DNA from: the human T2T-CHM13v2.0 reference genome, Homo sapiens
Reading direction: 5' to 3' (one strand)
Assembly (NCBI RefSeq): GCF_009914755.1
Contig: NC_060942.1
DNA length: 64,000 bases
Position 1 is the stretch's first letter, and every line of letters starts with the position of its first letter. Shown here piece after piece: positions 40,873-56,261 of this stretch. The notes beneath the pieces are model-generated. The model made no database searches. It worked only from the letters and a program-made list of their open reading frames with translations, and had not been told where the DNA came from. Both the position numbers and the translations under genes were made by a program.

Positions 40873-42113
40873 TGATATGGTTTGGCTGTGTCCCCACCCT
40901 GCATCCTAGCTGCTCCAGCTGGGGCTGAAAGGGGCCAGCGTAGAGCTCGGGCTGTGGCTTCAGAGGGTGCAAACCTCAAGCCTTGGAGCTTCCACGTGGT
41001 GCTGAGCCTGTGAGTACACAGAAGTCAAGAATTGAGGTTTGGAAACCTCTGCCTAGATTTCAGAAGATGTATGGAAACGCGTGGATGCCCAGGCGGAAGT
41101 TTGCTGTAGGGATGGGGTCCTCATGGAGAACCTCTGCTAGGGCAGTGCAGAAGGGAAATGTGGAGTCGGAGCCTCCACAGAGAATCCCTACTGGGGCACT
41201 GCCTAGTGAAGCTGTGAGAAGAAGGCCACTATCTTCCAGACCCCAGAAAGGTAGATCCACCAACAGCTTGCATAGTGTGCCTGGAAAAGCCACAGACACT
41301 CAACACCAGCCTGTGAAAGCAGCTGGAAGGGAGGCTGTACCCTGCAAAGCCACAGGGGTGGAGCTGCCCAAGACCATGGAAACCTACCTCTTGCATCAGC
41401 ATGACCTGGATGTGAGACATGGAGTCAAAGGCGATCATTTTGGAGCTCTAAGATTTGACTGTCCCACTGGATTTCGGACTTGTGTGGGGCCTTTAGCACT
41501 TTTGTTTTGGCCAATTTCTCCCATTTGGAATGGCTGTATCTACCCAGCGCCTGTACCCCCACTGTATTTAGGAAGTAGCTAGCTTGCCTTTGATTTTACA
41601 GGCTCACAGGCGAAAGGGACTTGCCTTGTCTCAGGTGAGACTCTGGACTGTGGGCTTTTGAGTTAATGCTGAAATGAGTTAAGACTTTGGGGGACTGTTG
41701 GGAAGACATGATCGGTTTTGAAATGTGAGGACCTAAGATTTGGGAGGGGCCGGGGTGGAATGATATGGTTTGGCTGTGTCCCCACCCAAATCTCACCTTG
41801 AATTCCCACATGTTGTGGGAGGGACCCGGTGGGAGGTAATTGAATCATGGGGGCAAGTCATTCCTGTGCTGTTCTCATGATAGTGAGTAAGTCTCACAAG
41901 ATCTGGCAGTTTTAAAAACGGGAGTTTTTCTGCACAGCTCTCTCTTTGCCTGCTGCCATCCGCAAAAGATGTGACTTGCTTCACCTTGCCTTCCGCCATG
42001 ATTGTGAGGCTTCCCCAGCCACGTGGAACTGTGAGTGCTCCATTATACTTTCCTTTGTAAATTGCCCAGGCTCAGATGTCTCTTTATCAGCAGCGTGAAA
42101 ACGGACTAATACA
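40873..42113 (+). mobile_element. THE1A (ERVL-MaLR) provirus: 27-bp 5' LTR stub, partial internal region, PPT, complete 3' LTR (41761-42113)
   Basis: tgatatggtttggctgtgtccccaccc at both 40873 and 41761; LTR ends cggactaataca; purine-rich tract just before 41761; 5-bp TSD gagga at 40868-40872 and 42114-42118; the 199-aa ORF 40983-41582 is the MaLR internal ORF relic. Confidence 0.93.
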
Positions 42114-42442
42114 GAGGATAAGACATTGTGTGCAATATGGCTACAGCAGGACATGGATAGGTAGGGGGCTGGGGAAGGCTGGCAGGGAGGCAGGTACCCC
42201 CAAGACAAGGCCACCCTGACCTGTTTGTGTTCTCCTGAATTAGTCCAGGTGCTTTACACCTCGCTGTGAATCTTTGCTCAAGGTTGGCACAGGAGCAGGA
42301 TGCAGGCGCATGCATGAAAGCGCGTAGGCTGTAGTCCCTCCCTCAGGTTGCAGGACTGCAGGCTCCAAGAGGGCACACAGTGTGCCGAACTTGTTCCCTG
42401 TGGCCTGACACAGAGTAGGAGTTCAGCAAAGACCTGTCAAGA

Positions 42443-42865
<423 letters not shown>

Positions 42866-42918
42866 TCAGAGGTGCCAAAGAAGGGCTGGTCAGTGGTCAC
42901 CTCTGGGTGTGGAGCTGA

Positions 42919-43260
<342 letters not shown>

Positions 43261-43270
43261 GGAAGTTGTT

Positions 43271-43870
<600 letters not shown>

Positions 43871-44077
43871 TAAACATCTGATCCAGGGATGGAGTCTCAG
43901 AGGGCCCCAGAGACCTGAGGGCTCTGGGCAAGCACCACTTTATCACTGCTGGGCCAGGGACCTCCCCTGACACTGGCACCCACCGGCTGCACAGGAACCA
44001 GCCTGCTGAGCACAACCTGTGAGCAAGGCCTTCTGCAGAGCCCTTCAAGTGGACCCCTGAGTGGGGGGATCCCCAGT

Positions 44078-44235
44078 TAATAACACGAGTGAGCACTTAC
44101 TGTGTGCCAAGCTCCCTTCTCGCCCTTCACATGACAAGCAGGGCAGTACTACTGAAATCATCCCCAAAATGAGGACAGATGAGGAAACAGAGGCCCAGAT
44201 AGGTGAAATCACTTGTCCGAAGCTATGCACTGGTC
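44078..44235 (-). mobile_element. MIR
   Basis: gagcacttactgtgtgccaagc ... acagatgaggaaacagaggcccaga. Confidence 0.75.
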
Positions 44236-44411
44236 TGCTCAGAGCCTGTCTGGAGGCAGGCAGTCTCGTTGCAGGGCTATACTCTTCATGCCTGCAGGCT
44301 TCTTCTGGGCAGGGAAGGCTCCTCTGCTGGCTTGATATTTGGGTTCTGTACAGGCATCTGCAGATGTGTGGGTGAGTTCAGGAGGACCACCAGTGGGACA
44401 GAGGGGGAACT

Positions 44412-44645
44412 GCTTGGGATTTGTAGCCAGACACGCCCATTACTGAATCTCAGTTCTAATGCGTGGAGCTATGTGATTGCGACAAAATCCCTCACCCTTG
44501 CTGGGTCTCCAAAGTGGGGTTTATTTACATATGAGCCTGTTATCTTTGTCTTTGTGGGGTTGTCAGGATCAAGGAAGGCACATGTTATAAAACAAGACCT
44601 AGCACAGGTATGGCCCACAGTAGGTGTTCATTAAACTCTAGTTAC
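44412..44645 (+). mobile_element. MIR
   Basis: agccagacac ... ggggttgtcaggatcaag ... tggcccacagtaggtgttcattaaa. Confidence 0.6.
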
Positions 44646-47600
44646 TTTTAGCAGCCATGCCCCTCCCCACTCATGTTGGGGCCCCCAGCAATGCTGGACA
44701 TACATTAAGCCTTGACAATTCTGCTTGTGAAGGCCATTCATACAGGAAAGCCAGTTGTCATTTGTACAGGTACTTTAGGGTTTCCACAAGGGTGTTGATC
44801 TTTGCAAGTGTTGCATTTTCTGCCCTGGATCTGGCTCAGCAAACATATCAACCCAAAGGGCAGAGTTAAACCAAGAGCTAAACTTGGGTGTGGAGAGTTA
44901 AAGACGCACCAGGATTAAAGTCGCTAAATGGGGTTTTTGGTTGTGCCTGTGGCTCACCAGCTAACCGTAGCTCTCGTCCAATGCATCCAGCTGCCTGACG
45001 GGTTCCTGTTCCTCCAGGGAAGCTGGGGTGGGGTTTGGCAGGCTGGCCAGGCTGGCAAGCCTGGGGTAACCGCATGCAGCTGCCCCATTAGCGAAGTTAT
45101 TTAGACTTTTGTGTTAACGACTTCCAAAGGCAGCACTCCTCCTGAATATGCAAATCGAGAGTCTTGGCTGTTAACAAAATTAGCTGCCTCGTTTACAGTT
45201 GCACCCCTACTCAGCTCCAGGGTGTGGCCTGGAGCAGTGCCTGGGCCCCACCCAAGTGTGGAGGTGGGGAAGCGGACTAGCCCTGCAGCTCCCTTCAGCT
45301 TTATTCCCGCCTCTTTCCCTCCTAAGGGGTCACTCCTGCTCATCAAGGATGTTTTAAGTGGCTTTTAAAGCCTTTGCTCCAGCCTCATTGGGAAGACTAC
45401 CCTCGGAGATGCCCAGCCGGGGGAGCAACCTGGCCCATTAGAGCCATTCTAGTGGCAGCCCCTGCTGGGGAGGCATTAGGGAGGGGGGCGGGGGATTCCT
45501 TCCCAGCGCTTGAGAGCACCGGGAAGAGAAAGGCAGGAGGGAAGACCAAAAGAAGCTTCAGAGGGTACCCAGGGGCACTGAGGCCAGGCCAAGAGGCTGC
45601 TGGAGCGGGAAGCGGACGGTCAGAGGAGCCCTGTGGTCCCCTTCACCTGGGTCCTGGGGTCCGGCCCGTGCTGATGGAGGCTGTCCCTCAGTCTTGGTGA
45701 AATGAGCAAAGGGCCCAGGGCAGATGAGGGGAGGAGGCCTGGCCACATCCCCAGCCCTGCAGTCACCCTGACCCCCAGGGACAAGTACAGATCTTCAACT
45801 TGGCGTCTGAGGTGCAGGCTCCTCAGCCCAGGTGCCCTAACCAGTAATTAGCTCCAGCTCCAGCTCCAGCTCTAGCTCTGAGGTTTGTTTGTTCCAGCCC
45901 CGCTCCTCCTCCTCCTCTTACCAAATGGCATTTAAATGTTAATCAAGTCAGGGTTGCGGACGCATCACTCCCCGGCGGCAGCCGAAGGTCAAGGCCAAGC
46001 CTGGGAGGCAGCCCCATCTCTTCTGGGATTGGCGATTCTGCAGCCCTGTTAGCTCCAGGCATGGGGCTGGCCGGCTGTGGGGCTCCTAGGACAAAGCGGG
46101 ACGAGGACAGGGTTGGGGGGCTGGGGCACGGGCTGGGTGTGGTCAGAGAGCACAGTGCAGACTCTGCCGGGCTGGGCACCCTTCTGCCAGGACACAGGGA
46201 GGGTCACGGGGCTGCTGCAGCCTGGGGAGCAGGCTTGCTCTGGACTTCTCCATGGGTACCCTAGCTCGAACAGGCCACTGGGGCACCCGCTGGCTGCCCT
46301 GCCCGCGCTGAACTCTGAACCTTCCTCCCCATCCTGTGTCAACTGTGGCCTTTCTCTCCCTCTCTTGCCAGTCACCTGCTCTCACCTCGGCTCTCCCTGC
46401 TGATCTGCTGCCTTCCAGGGCCTCCCTCACATCTCATTCTGACAAATCTGCTCTACACGTTTGCACACCTCAGTTCAGGGGTCAGGTGGTCAGGTGTTGG
46501 TTCGGGCAGCTTCTAGGTCTGGACCAGAGAGATGCTATTCCCTCTCAGGCCCCTCAGGAGATAACAGGAAGGACCCTGGCACACAGTAGGGTCTCTCTAG
46601 ATTCTTCTGGTTTCTTCCTTGCTTTTCTTCTCTGATTCTCCCTGAAACTCATTTCTCCCACTCTCTCTTCTCCCTCTCTGTCTTGGGCACACCCCTGAAG
46701 AGAATTCACCCCAGGAGCCTGGCTGAGCAGCCACCAGAGCAAAGACCCTCCTGGTGCACTACAGGGTCTGCTGGGAGGGTCTTGGGGGCTGTGTGGGGAG
46801 GGGACGAGGGTGGGGGAGGTTAGGAGGTGCTGAGTAGGCTTTCATGCTCAAAAAAATCCCATTAGTAGCCTCCCGACAAAGGAAGAGAACTTCCCATCAA
46901 GGCAATATTTTCATGTACAGAAATTTATCACCTACCAGGACACAAACAACAAATAGGAAAGGAGGAAACATTTTTCCAGGTATCCAAAATGAACATGATG
47001 AAAATAAGTACAAACATTCTTCACGTGAGAGACTTCTCAGGCCTTCTCTTAGAGCCTTACAACTCTTACTTTAGGCAGAATTCTAACTCTATTGATGCTG
47101 TGTGGTCCTAGCACACAAAATCGGGACACAATGAGGGGTGGCAGGTGGCAGACGTTACCAGAGAGTTATGCTAGTAGAAGTAGAACTTGTTGGCTGCCAG
47201 CCACCTTACTTACAGGAGGATGATAGAAAGAATGGTAAGATTTTGGTGTCATAGGGTATGGGTTTTCAGTGACCTGAATGATCCTTGGTTAATCAAGGCA
47301 TGTTATTTAGCATGGCTTCTTCATAACTGGGATGCAGGCTCTGAGCTTGCTATCCTGCAGTGGGCTGAATCTTTGTGCACGCCCCCTGGACAGTGCCTGG
47401 TCCCCTTTATGCACGTGCCCCTCCCTCCCACATCTGTGCCTTTCTCTGCCCCACTCCAGCCCCTGTCTTATGCTCAGGACCCTGGGTACTCTCTGGTCTC
47501 CTCTGCCTGGTCCTTGATGCACCCATCTGTCTGCAGTGAGGCGGCTAGTGGTGTGGACTGACAGGTGGGGACCACATCTGTCACTGTGTCTCCAGGAACC

Positions 47601-48384
47601 TATTGCTTCTAAGACCCAGGGGCCCTCTGAGGAGAGGCCTGAAAAAGGGATAGGGGCACAGCCTCTTTGCCTGGTGGAGGTCTTTGTTCTATGCAATACC
47701 TTGTCCTCAGATTCCTTTAAATGGGAATGTTTCCAGGGGATTTCCAATGAGGCACGATGGGAGCTTCTGTTTGCACTTAGGCTTGGGGAGCAGTCAGTGG
47801 GTGCATGTGCCCCTTCCCTTGCTGGCCTCCTTCCCTCCTTCCTGCACCCGTCTCTCCTCTCCCCTTACCACCAGCTTCTTTACAGACATAATGTTCTTGG
47901 TTTTTGCTGTTTCTCAACCCAAGGTCCTTTCCCCGGGGCAGGAGAAATGACAAGTGTCCTTTCACTTCTCCCTGGCAGCCACTTCAGGAATTGGCCCCAT
48001 TCCCAGCCTGGGCTCTAGAACACATGCTGGAATGTCAGGCACTCAGGCCAGGGCTGAGGAAGACAGCATGGAACACAAGGATCCCAAGACAGTAATTTGA
48101 GGATCCAGCACTGGGGCTCCAGGCTCCAGGCTGTGGTCTAGAGGCATGGCTGTGGTCTGCAATCATGAGCCTGGATGGGGTTTCTCTTGGGGCTCCATCT
48201 CCCTGGGGACCCCGAACTCAGCAGTGCATACTATCCACCAGGCCCAGGTGTCTGCTCAGTCCATGGAGAGGATTTGCCCAGTCTTTTCTGGTTAGTCCTA
48301 AAGAACTGAGAATTAGAAAGAGAAACAGACTGCTTATAAGTAGAACCATACTCAAATGCTCTCATCATAAGGTATTCCAAAGCT

Positions 48385-48860
48385 AAATATGAATGATTTC
48401 TATGCAGTTCAGTGATGGGGTATGGGAAAATAGAAAGAACAGAAGACAGAACCTCTGCCCTCTGTAGACTGGAAGGAGGGTCAGGGAAGGCTGTAGCAGT
48501 GACTATGGAGCTCAAGACGGGCAGACAACGGGTGCTAGAGGAGGTAGGAGAGACGGAAGGTCAGCAGGGACCAGGGCAGTTACAAGAAGTCTCCTGGGGT
48601 GGTGAGAATCTGGCTGGGTCTTAAAGGAGGAGGAAGATTTGGGAAGATAGCAATGATGGGAGAGGTTGCTGGGAGAATGATTTATAGGATAGGATGGGCA
48701 ACAGCAGAGAATGATTTTACTGAAGTAAGGGGTGGATGCTGAGCAAAAGGGACTTTAAAGGGAGAGGAAGAGTAAGGCTAGAATACCAAGGGCCTTGAAG
48801 GCTCAACACAAAGACAACAGGCAGCAGCTGCAGATTCTTGAGCAGGAGAGTAGCCCACAG
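48385..48860 (-). mobile_element. L2 relic
   Basis: gaagacagaacctctgccctc ... ctgggtcttaaagga ... tcttgagcaggagagt. Confidence 0.5.
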
Positions 48861-49008
48861 AAGATAGCAGTGTGGGTCTCAAGCACCCTCAAAGTTGGGC
48901 AATGGAGAGTTGATTGAGCCCTTTCTGAATACCCTTCTACCAAGCCCGATGGAGTGAACATAATGAAACCTCATTCGAAGGGAGAAGCATGTCACCCACC
49001 CCCTGTGA

Positions 49009-49497
<489 letters not shown>

Positions 49498-49609
49498 TCA
49501 TACTTTACAATAGTAAAATCCTGCCTATGGGCCCAAATAATCAATTGAGTGATCAGGAACAAGGGCCCCCTATTGACCCTTTGTGTGAACATGACCTGGA
49601 AGTTTCAGT

Positions 49610-49740
49610 AGGAATTTAGAGGGAGGCAGGCTTTAGGTCAGCCTAAGGAAGAACTTTCTAGCTTTTAAGACTGACCATGGAATACAGCATCTTGAAAAGG
49701 CCATGATCTCTGTCACTGGAGATGTTCACAAAGGAGAAGC
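49610..49740 (+). mobile_element. L3/CR1 3' fragment
   Basis: ggaggcaggctttaggtcagcctaaggaagaactttcta ... tcactggagatgttca. Confidence 0.55.
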
Positions 49741-50803
49741 GGTATCTACCACCATGTTCTTCTCTGTGTACACCATGCTGAGGAGGATGGTCTCTGCTTC
49801 CCCAAACCAGATCTCGAGGCACTCAACAGGGTAGGGCTGGGGCTGGAAAAGCTATAGCGCAGACCCAGAAAGCTGCTATAGCACAGAGCAGCAGTGTGGC
49901 CAGGTCTTCACTGTCACTGTAGTTATGTGTAACATCCACAAAGACACTCAAGTCACACCCAGATGTCAGCTCTCCTGTGTCCAGGCCCTCACTTCTCATC
50001 TCCACTTGCCAACTCCGAACCTCACACAAGTCCCACTAGATGGCTCCTATTCCATTTTTGCAAGCAAAGCACTGAGGCTGAGAGGTGGGTGGCTCATCCG
50101 GTCAGGGGAGGTGCAGGGGCTGCAGTGTGCCCGACTCAGACCCCATTCTTCCCCACACTCCGGTTTGGGGCCCTTGTCTGGTCCTCTCCCTGCTCAGTAG
50201 GACCTGAGGCTTGGTTCCCATGGAGATGGAGCCTGGGAGAAGGTGGAGTTTCTCATCTGTATGAGAAGCCCCTGATCTCCATTAGGCAAGGAGGGTCAGG
50301 GAGGGAGGCATCGCCACTATCATTGGAAGACAAGAAGACTGGGCTTGGAGAGGGTAAGTAGCATCCTTGGGGTCACAGAACACCTGGATTTGAATCCCAG
50401 ACCTGTCTAAATTCCACGCTTCTATTTTTCCCACTACATCCAGAGCCTCCCTGTCTGGGTGGAGCCCTCCACTCCCATCCCACCCTCTTCACTTCTCTCT
50501 GCTTCCACCCATCTACCCGTGCCCCATGGAGCTCCTCTTCTGGGTGGCCCCTTCTTGGTTTCTCATTTAAGAGGTATTTACAGAAAACACCATTGAAAAA
50601 GCCAAGCTCTGTGGGATCATCTTGAAAAGGAGTGGGAGACTGGGGAGGCTGGCATCCCAGAAGCCTTAACCTGGCTTCAGAGGTGAGATCTGGGAGAAGA
50701 AACTTGGCAAGCTATGCGGCCAGCATGCACCTGAGGAGGGGGCATTGCAGGGTTAATGTGCTAAGGTGTTTGCAGGAGGAAGAGGAGGAGCTAGGGCTCA
50801 GGT

Positions 50804-50832
50804 TGTGGTGGTGGTGGTGATGGTGGTGGTGG
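50804..50832. repeat. (TGG)n short repeat
   Basis: tgtggtggtggtggtgatggtggtggtgg. Confidence 0.8.
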
Positions 50833-53800
50833 CTACCTGGAGGAGGTGTGACGAGAGAGTTGGAGAGCATGGAGCAGGTGGACAGAAAGGAAACAGTGTT
50901 AGTCAAAGAGAGGGGGTGGGAAGGATGGAGCAGCCAGACTGGAGGCAGACACGGGGGAGTGGGGAGATGTCACTGGAGACAGTTCGTTTGGGGCCAGGAG
51001 CTGTGGGCTCCTGAGTCTCTGCTTGATTCTCCCAGCCCTGGGAGGCAGCAGTGGGTTCCTGAGCTGGGGCAGGGGTGGGGATGGGGAGGACAGAGGGAAA
51101 GGATGCTCTGGGAAGGCCTTTCTTGTCCTGCATAAGATGCTTGGGACAAAAAGGACAGGAAGGCCACGGCTGAATTTCCTAATGAGATCTGGTGTTGGGT
51201 GCCCGGAAGGTGCAATGTGCAGGATGGTCTCTACCTTCCCAGGTGTAGGAACAGAGGAACAGAGGAAGGAAAAATGCAAATCAGGTCGGGGAGACTGTGT
51301 TTTTTTCTTTTCTTTCTTTTTTTTTTTTCTTAAAAGAGAGAAAGAGAACGAAAGCACAAGTGACATTTGGAACCATAATACCTTAAAGTCAATATCATTA
51401 CTTCTGATATTTACTGTCAGCTCCGTGGCGCCGGTGAAGTGGGAAAGTTCATCCATCTCTCCTAACGCTGCTGCGTTGCCAAGAGTGTCCCTCTCCCCAC
51501 CTTTCCTTTGTGCGATTCCAGTTAATTGTTTGGCTGTGTTAACACCCCCCACACCCAGCCCATCTTCCAGCAGAGTCAGGGGGAGGGTGGGCTTGCTGAG
51601 AGGAGGCGGCATGGTGCGGTGCAGCCCAGGGAGGTGGGAGGGGAACCAGCCCTGGGTATAAAGAGCCAGGTTCCAGCACCGACCTGAACACAGCCTGTGG
51701 GTCATTTGGGTCTCAGTGACTCCATCTGTGGAGGAGACCTGGGCATGGTGACACTATATATGTCCCAGGATACAGGCATTCATTCAAGTATTCATCAATC
51801 CTTCGGGCGAGAACTCAGCCTTCCCCTGCCCCCCAGCCCAACTTTGTGAGGCTTTGGTTTCCTCTGAGCACAATGTGGAGGAATCTGCCATCTGACCCCA
51901 TCTCCCTCTTCAGCCCCATCCTTCCCTCCTCCCTGCCCGTCTCCCTACTCTAGACCACAACTCAGGGGGAATTCTCTTCAGCCCTTGTTGCCTGTCAGCC
52001 CTCCGCCTTGATCCTCCCCACAATGATGTACACAGCAGGGGCCTGATGGCTCCCCAGGGAGGGGTAGGGAGGGCACTGTCTCCCTCCCGCTTGGTTCCTG
52101 GCTGGCCTCCCCTCCCACTGCCCATGCCAAGGTCCTGTCCCGTCTTGTCTGCTGCTGTCTCTGACTGAACCTCTTCCCAGGGGCCTGGTCTGATTTCAAA
52201 TCCAATTTTCTGCCATAAACTTCCTCCTTCTCTGTGTTGGCAGTGAGCCTCTGTCACTTTCAGCCAGCAAAGTCATTTTTCCTGCCTGACCCCAGGGTTT
52301 GGGGTCACCTCAGCGTGCAAGGAGCAGGCAGCTACAGCATCCTCCTCCCCTTCCACACGAGTGAATGAGCCCAGGTCTGTCTAGCCTGTGTCCCTATGGA
52401 ACAGCCCCGTGTGCACACCAGTGAGCTGCCCATGCACACCTGTACAGTCTGTGCCTGTGGCGGTGCAGGTGGGCATGCACCATTTGTGTGCAAACATGAA
52501 GACCTGGGTGAACACCTGGGCATCCCTGTTTGGGGGAGATGTGTGGTCCTGGTGCATACAAGCCTGCACACATGACCACATGCGCACTGCAAACCTCCGG
52601 GGGATCGGCCTCCTGGGGGCTGAGTGCTTGCTTGGGCAGCTCTAAGGTGGATTCCAGAATGGGGAGGGGAGGAAGGAACAAGCCTGAATAAGGTTCATTT
52701 TGAGATGCTTCCCCAGGGAGATGGAAACCTCCTGCCCCCAGGCCCTCCCATTAGCCAAAAGGCCAAAACTCTTTTTCCTTTCCGTATCTGCAGCCTCCAC
52801 CATGGGGCTCCCAACACCCGAACATGTAAACCTATAACTATCTCTCCCAGAACACTGCAGTGTATGGTGGGGGGGTGGGCAGCGGGAGGCTGGGCTCTCT
52901 CTCAGGGTCTACTGGGACCCAAACCCTCTCCCAGTCATTGCCTCCAGGTGCCTCCTTGCCCCCAATTCACTGTGGCTACAGTATCTTCTAGAGGATTGGC
53001 TCTCTGGGTCTTTGGAGGAACCTATGAGTGGCTCTGGGGACCAAATGTCACCTTTGCCCAGGTGGGTGAGGGATGTAAGGATTGCTCCTGGGTTTTCTGA
53101 AACCTCAACAGCATCCTGTCCACACCCTCTCCTCGTATACTTAAGGGCCAGGCACATTGAAATAATTTTACAATTCTTTAGACACTCTGGGATTGCTCCT
53201 TCCTCTCTAGTTTCACCATCTCTGCCCTCGTTGCTTATAGGGCTACACCTACACTTGACTCCACCACTCAACAGCTCAAAGACATGCTATGGCTTCCCAG
53301 TGCCAAAGAATTAACTTTAAATCCTATGGACTGGAATTCACAGTTGATCCCAGTGACTCTCGTAGAATCACTGCTGTCTCTAACACCATTCACTTTCTGT
53401 TCCAGCCAGGCCAGGCCATACGCTCATCTCTGTGTTCATACTCTCTGTGCCCAGCCAGCACAACAGATCCCAAGAGATATTGCCCAGGAAATGTGCCCAT
53501 GCACTGTGCCTTCTGCATGAGAGCTGTGCCTGTCTCCTCCTGGCTCTGGGGCCTTGGGCTGTGCAAACTGCAGAAAGCCGAAACGCCCCTCTTCACCTCT
53601 GCTGAGCTGACACTGCAAAAGCCTTTGCTCCCTCTCCTCAGAGCCCAGCCTAGTCCTCTGGCTTGCCTCAGCCTAGTATTCCTCTGAAGCAGAGGCACCT
53701 ACAGCCTGAAACCACAGGGACAGGGACAGAGAAATCCAGCAAGCAAGAGACCCTCAGACTGTTCCCAGCTTCCAATCCAATAGGTCCTATCCCAGAAAGG

Positions 53801-54699
53801 TTCTCTGGCCTTAGTGTCCTTTTATGCCTCCTGAGGGACTAGTTGTCCTGCTTTCCCGAGCCCGAGGGGAAGGAGGAGAGGATGGCTGCCTGGTTGGGGG
53901 CCATTTCCCCAGGCTTACGTTACTCATAGATCCATTCTACTGCTCGGAAATGGAGGGCTCCACTCTTCCCACCTTGGTCTTGGGTGTTACTGGAATCATT
54001 ACACTTAGAAGGGGTATGGCAGGCTGGAGGTGCCCTGCATTTCTCCAGACCCAGTAGGAATCACAGAACCCAGATGTCTCTACAAGGGAACTTTGAGGCC
54101 ATCCAGCCTCCCTACATCCTGACAACAGTCCCACTTAGTGACCCCTGCTTTGAGGCATCCAGTTTATCTGCCTATGATGATCTAACCCCACGAGAGTGGC
54201 CACATACTCCTTGCACAGCAATGAAAAGTAGCACGCTTTTAATGTTTGCCTAAAATCTGACTGCTTGTACTTTCCGCAGGTGGCCCTCCTGTTGTCTTTT
54301 CGAGCCCCAGAAACAAGCCTTTTCCTTAGGACCACCCTGGAGTGACCCTTTTCGCAGTTGGCCCTGCTCAGCTTCACAATGCTGGCTCTGTGACCAAATG
54401 TCACGTGTCAATCATGTAAAATCCTTCAGCGTGCTAACCACTCTCCTCTGAACTTAGTTTTTGTGTAATTTTTACCCAGTTCTTCAATTATTCCCAGAAC
54501 TGGTTGAAACAGCAAAGAGCAGACTGTGACTGACACCTCCTCCTGGATGTCACACGTGTCTTCAAGCAGTCTCAAGTGCAATTCCATCCGGGGCAGCCAA
54601 ATGCTGCTGGAGCCTCCTATTGAGCTGTCAGGAGAAGCACTTGCCCGTGGGCACAGCAGCTGTGTTCTTCGCCTGTCCCTGCCTCTGTACTTAGATCCT

Positions 54700-54950
54700 C
54701 AGCCCCGAGCCTTAGAAAGACCCCATATTTCTCCCTATTGAACTACGTCTTGTTGGATTCTACCCATCACGTCCATCTGCTAAGATCTCGTTGCACTGTT
54801 TTTCTGCCATCTAAGGGATGCACCATTTTTCTCAGCTTTAAGTCATCTGAAGATTCAGTCAATCTAACCAACATTATCTTTAGCCAAGTCATTGATAATG
54901 TGGATTATGGCAGGACCAAGCTGAAAAATTCATAGTGCCAGCCCTGGAGC
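54700..54950 (-). mobile_element. L3/CR1 RT-region relic
   Basis: ctcagctttaagtcatctgaagatt ... ccaagtcattgataatg resembles the reverse CR1 RT core. Confidence 0.55.
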
Positions 54951-55635
54951 AGTTCACAGGTGGCCAAGGCCCCAGGGTGCTCTGTGGGTCCTTAGGACCA
55001 ATAACTGGCCAGAAGCCCAGGGATCCTGGCCTCAGGAGATGTGCAAGGACTCTCGAGGAGAAATGAGCCCTTTGTGGCCATCTTGCCCAGCGCCTTCTCT
55101 GCAGGAATGTAGCAGCTCCTCTCCTGATAGAAAGATCCCTCCTTTCCAGAGATGTCCTCAGACTGAAGAGTGGGGCTTCTCATGATCTGCTTCTAGAGAA
55201 GCCCTTTGAGCAATGCCAGGCTCCTAGTGTAGGCTTTCTTGATTCGTTGTTGAGAAAGGGAGAGAAGAGGCATGGTCTTGCCACCAGGAGCTGGGAGGGG
55301 GCAATCAAGGCCCTTGGCTACCCCTGTGAATGTGACCACAGGGCTGGCCCAGGATGGAATAAAAACAGCCAGAGAGGGCTTGGGGCAGTCATTAAGCAGT
55401 GCCCAGGCCCTGGGGATGGTATCAAGGGTGACTGAGGCTTATGCCTGACTCAGGGGCCCAGGAAGAACAAGGTTCTTGGGCCAGAAAGGCCACATGACAA
55501 GCCTGGGAATGCATGCAGTTCAGCAGCTCTGAGTACACTCTTCTTAATGTGTGCATGGTTTCTTTTCAATGTGCAGTTGGAGCTTGTAAGAACAATAACA
55601 TAGACAACCGAGCCTTAGAAAGAGAATGATGTTCT

Positions 55636-56261
55636 ACTTTTACATTGTTGGTGGGAGTGTAAACTAGTTCAACCATTGTGGAAGACAGTGTGGAGATTCC
55701 TCAAGGATCTAGAACTAGAAATACCATTTGACCCAGCCATCCCACTACTGGGTATATACCCAAAGGATTATAAATCATGCTCCTATAAAGACACGTGCAC
55801 ACGTATGTTTATTGCGGCACTATTCACAATAGCAAAGACTTGGAACCAACCCAAATGTCCACCAATGATAGACTGGATTAAGAAAATGTGGCACATATAC
55901 ACCATGGAATACTATGCAGCCATAACAAAGGCTGAGTTCATGTCCTTTGTAGGGACATGGATGAAGCTGGAAACCATCATTCTGAGCAAACTATCGCAAG
56001 GACAGAAAACCAAACACCGTATGTTCTCACTCATAGGTAGGAATTGAACAATGAGAACACTTGGACACAGGGCAGGGAACATCACACACCGGGGCCTGTC
56101 GTGGGATGGGGTGGAGGCGGGAAGGATAGCATTAAGAGAAATACCTAATGTAAACGACAAGTTAATGGGTACAGCACACCAAAATGGCACATGTATACAT
56201 ATGTAACAAACCTGCATGTTGTGCACATGTACCCTAGAACTTAAAGTATAATAATAAAAAA
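55636..56261 (+). mobile_element. 5'-truncated primate L1 (about L1PA6): end of ORF2 plus 3' UTR
   Basis: ORF 55676-56047 (WKTVWRFLKDLELEIPFDPAIPLLGIYPKDYK...) is the L1 ORF2p C-terminus; the 3' UTR ends ccctagaacttaaagtataataataaaaaaa. Confidence 0.96.

Noticed and set aside
40983-41582. 199-aa ORF as a host gene
   Set aside because: Lies within THE1 internal sequence.
44078-44645. Inverted MIR pair as an RNA hairpin
   Set aside because: Copies are too diverged for stable pairing.
50899-51705. Longest ORFs (268 aa on -, 212 aa on +)
   Set aside because: They overlap on opposite strands, cross a poly-T run and show no recognisable domain; expected by chance in GC-rich DNA.
55676-56047. 123-aa ORF
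   Set aside because: L1 ORF2p C-terminal remnant of a truncated copy.
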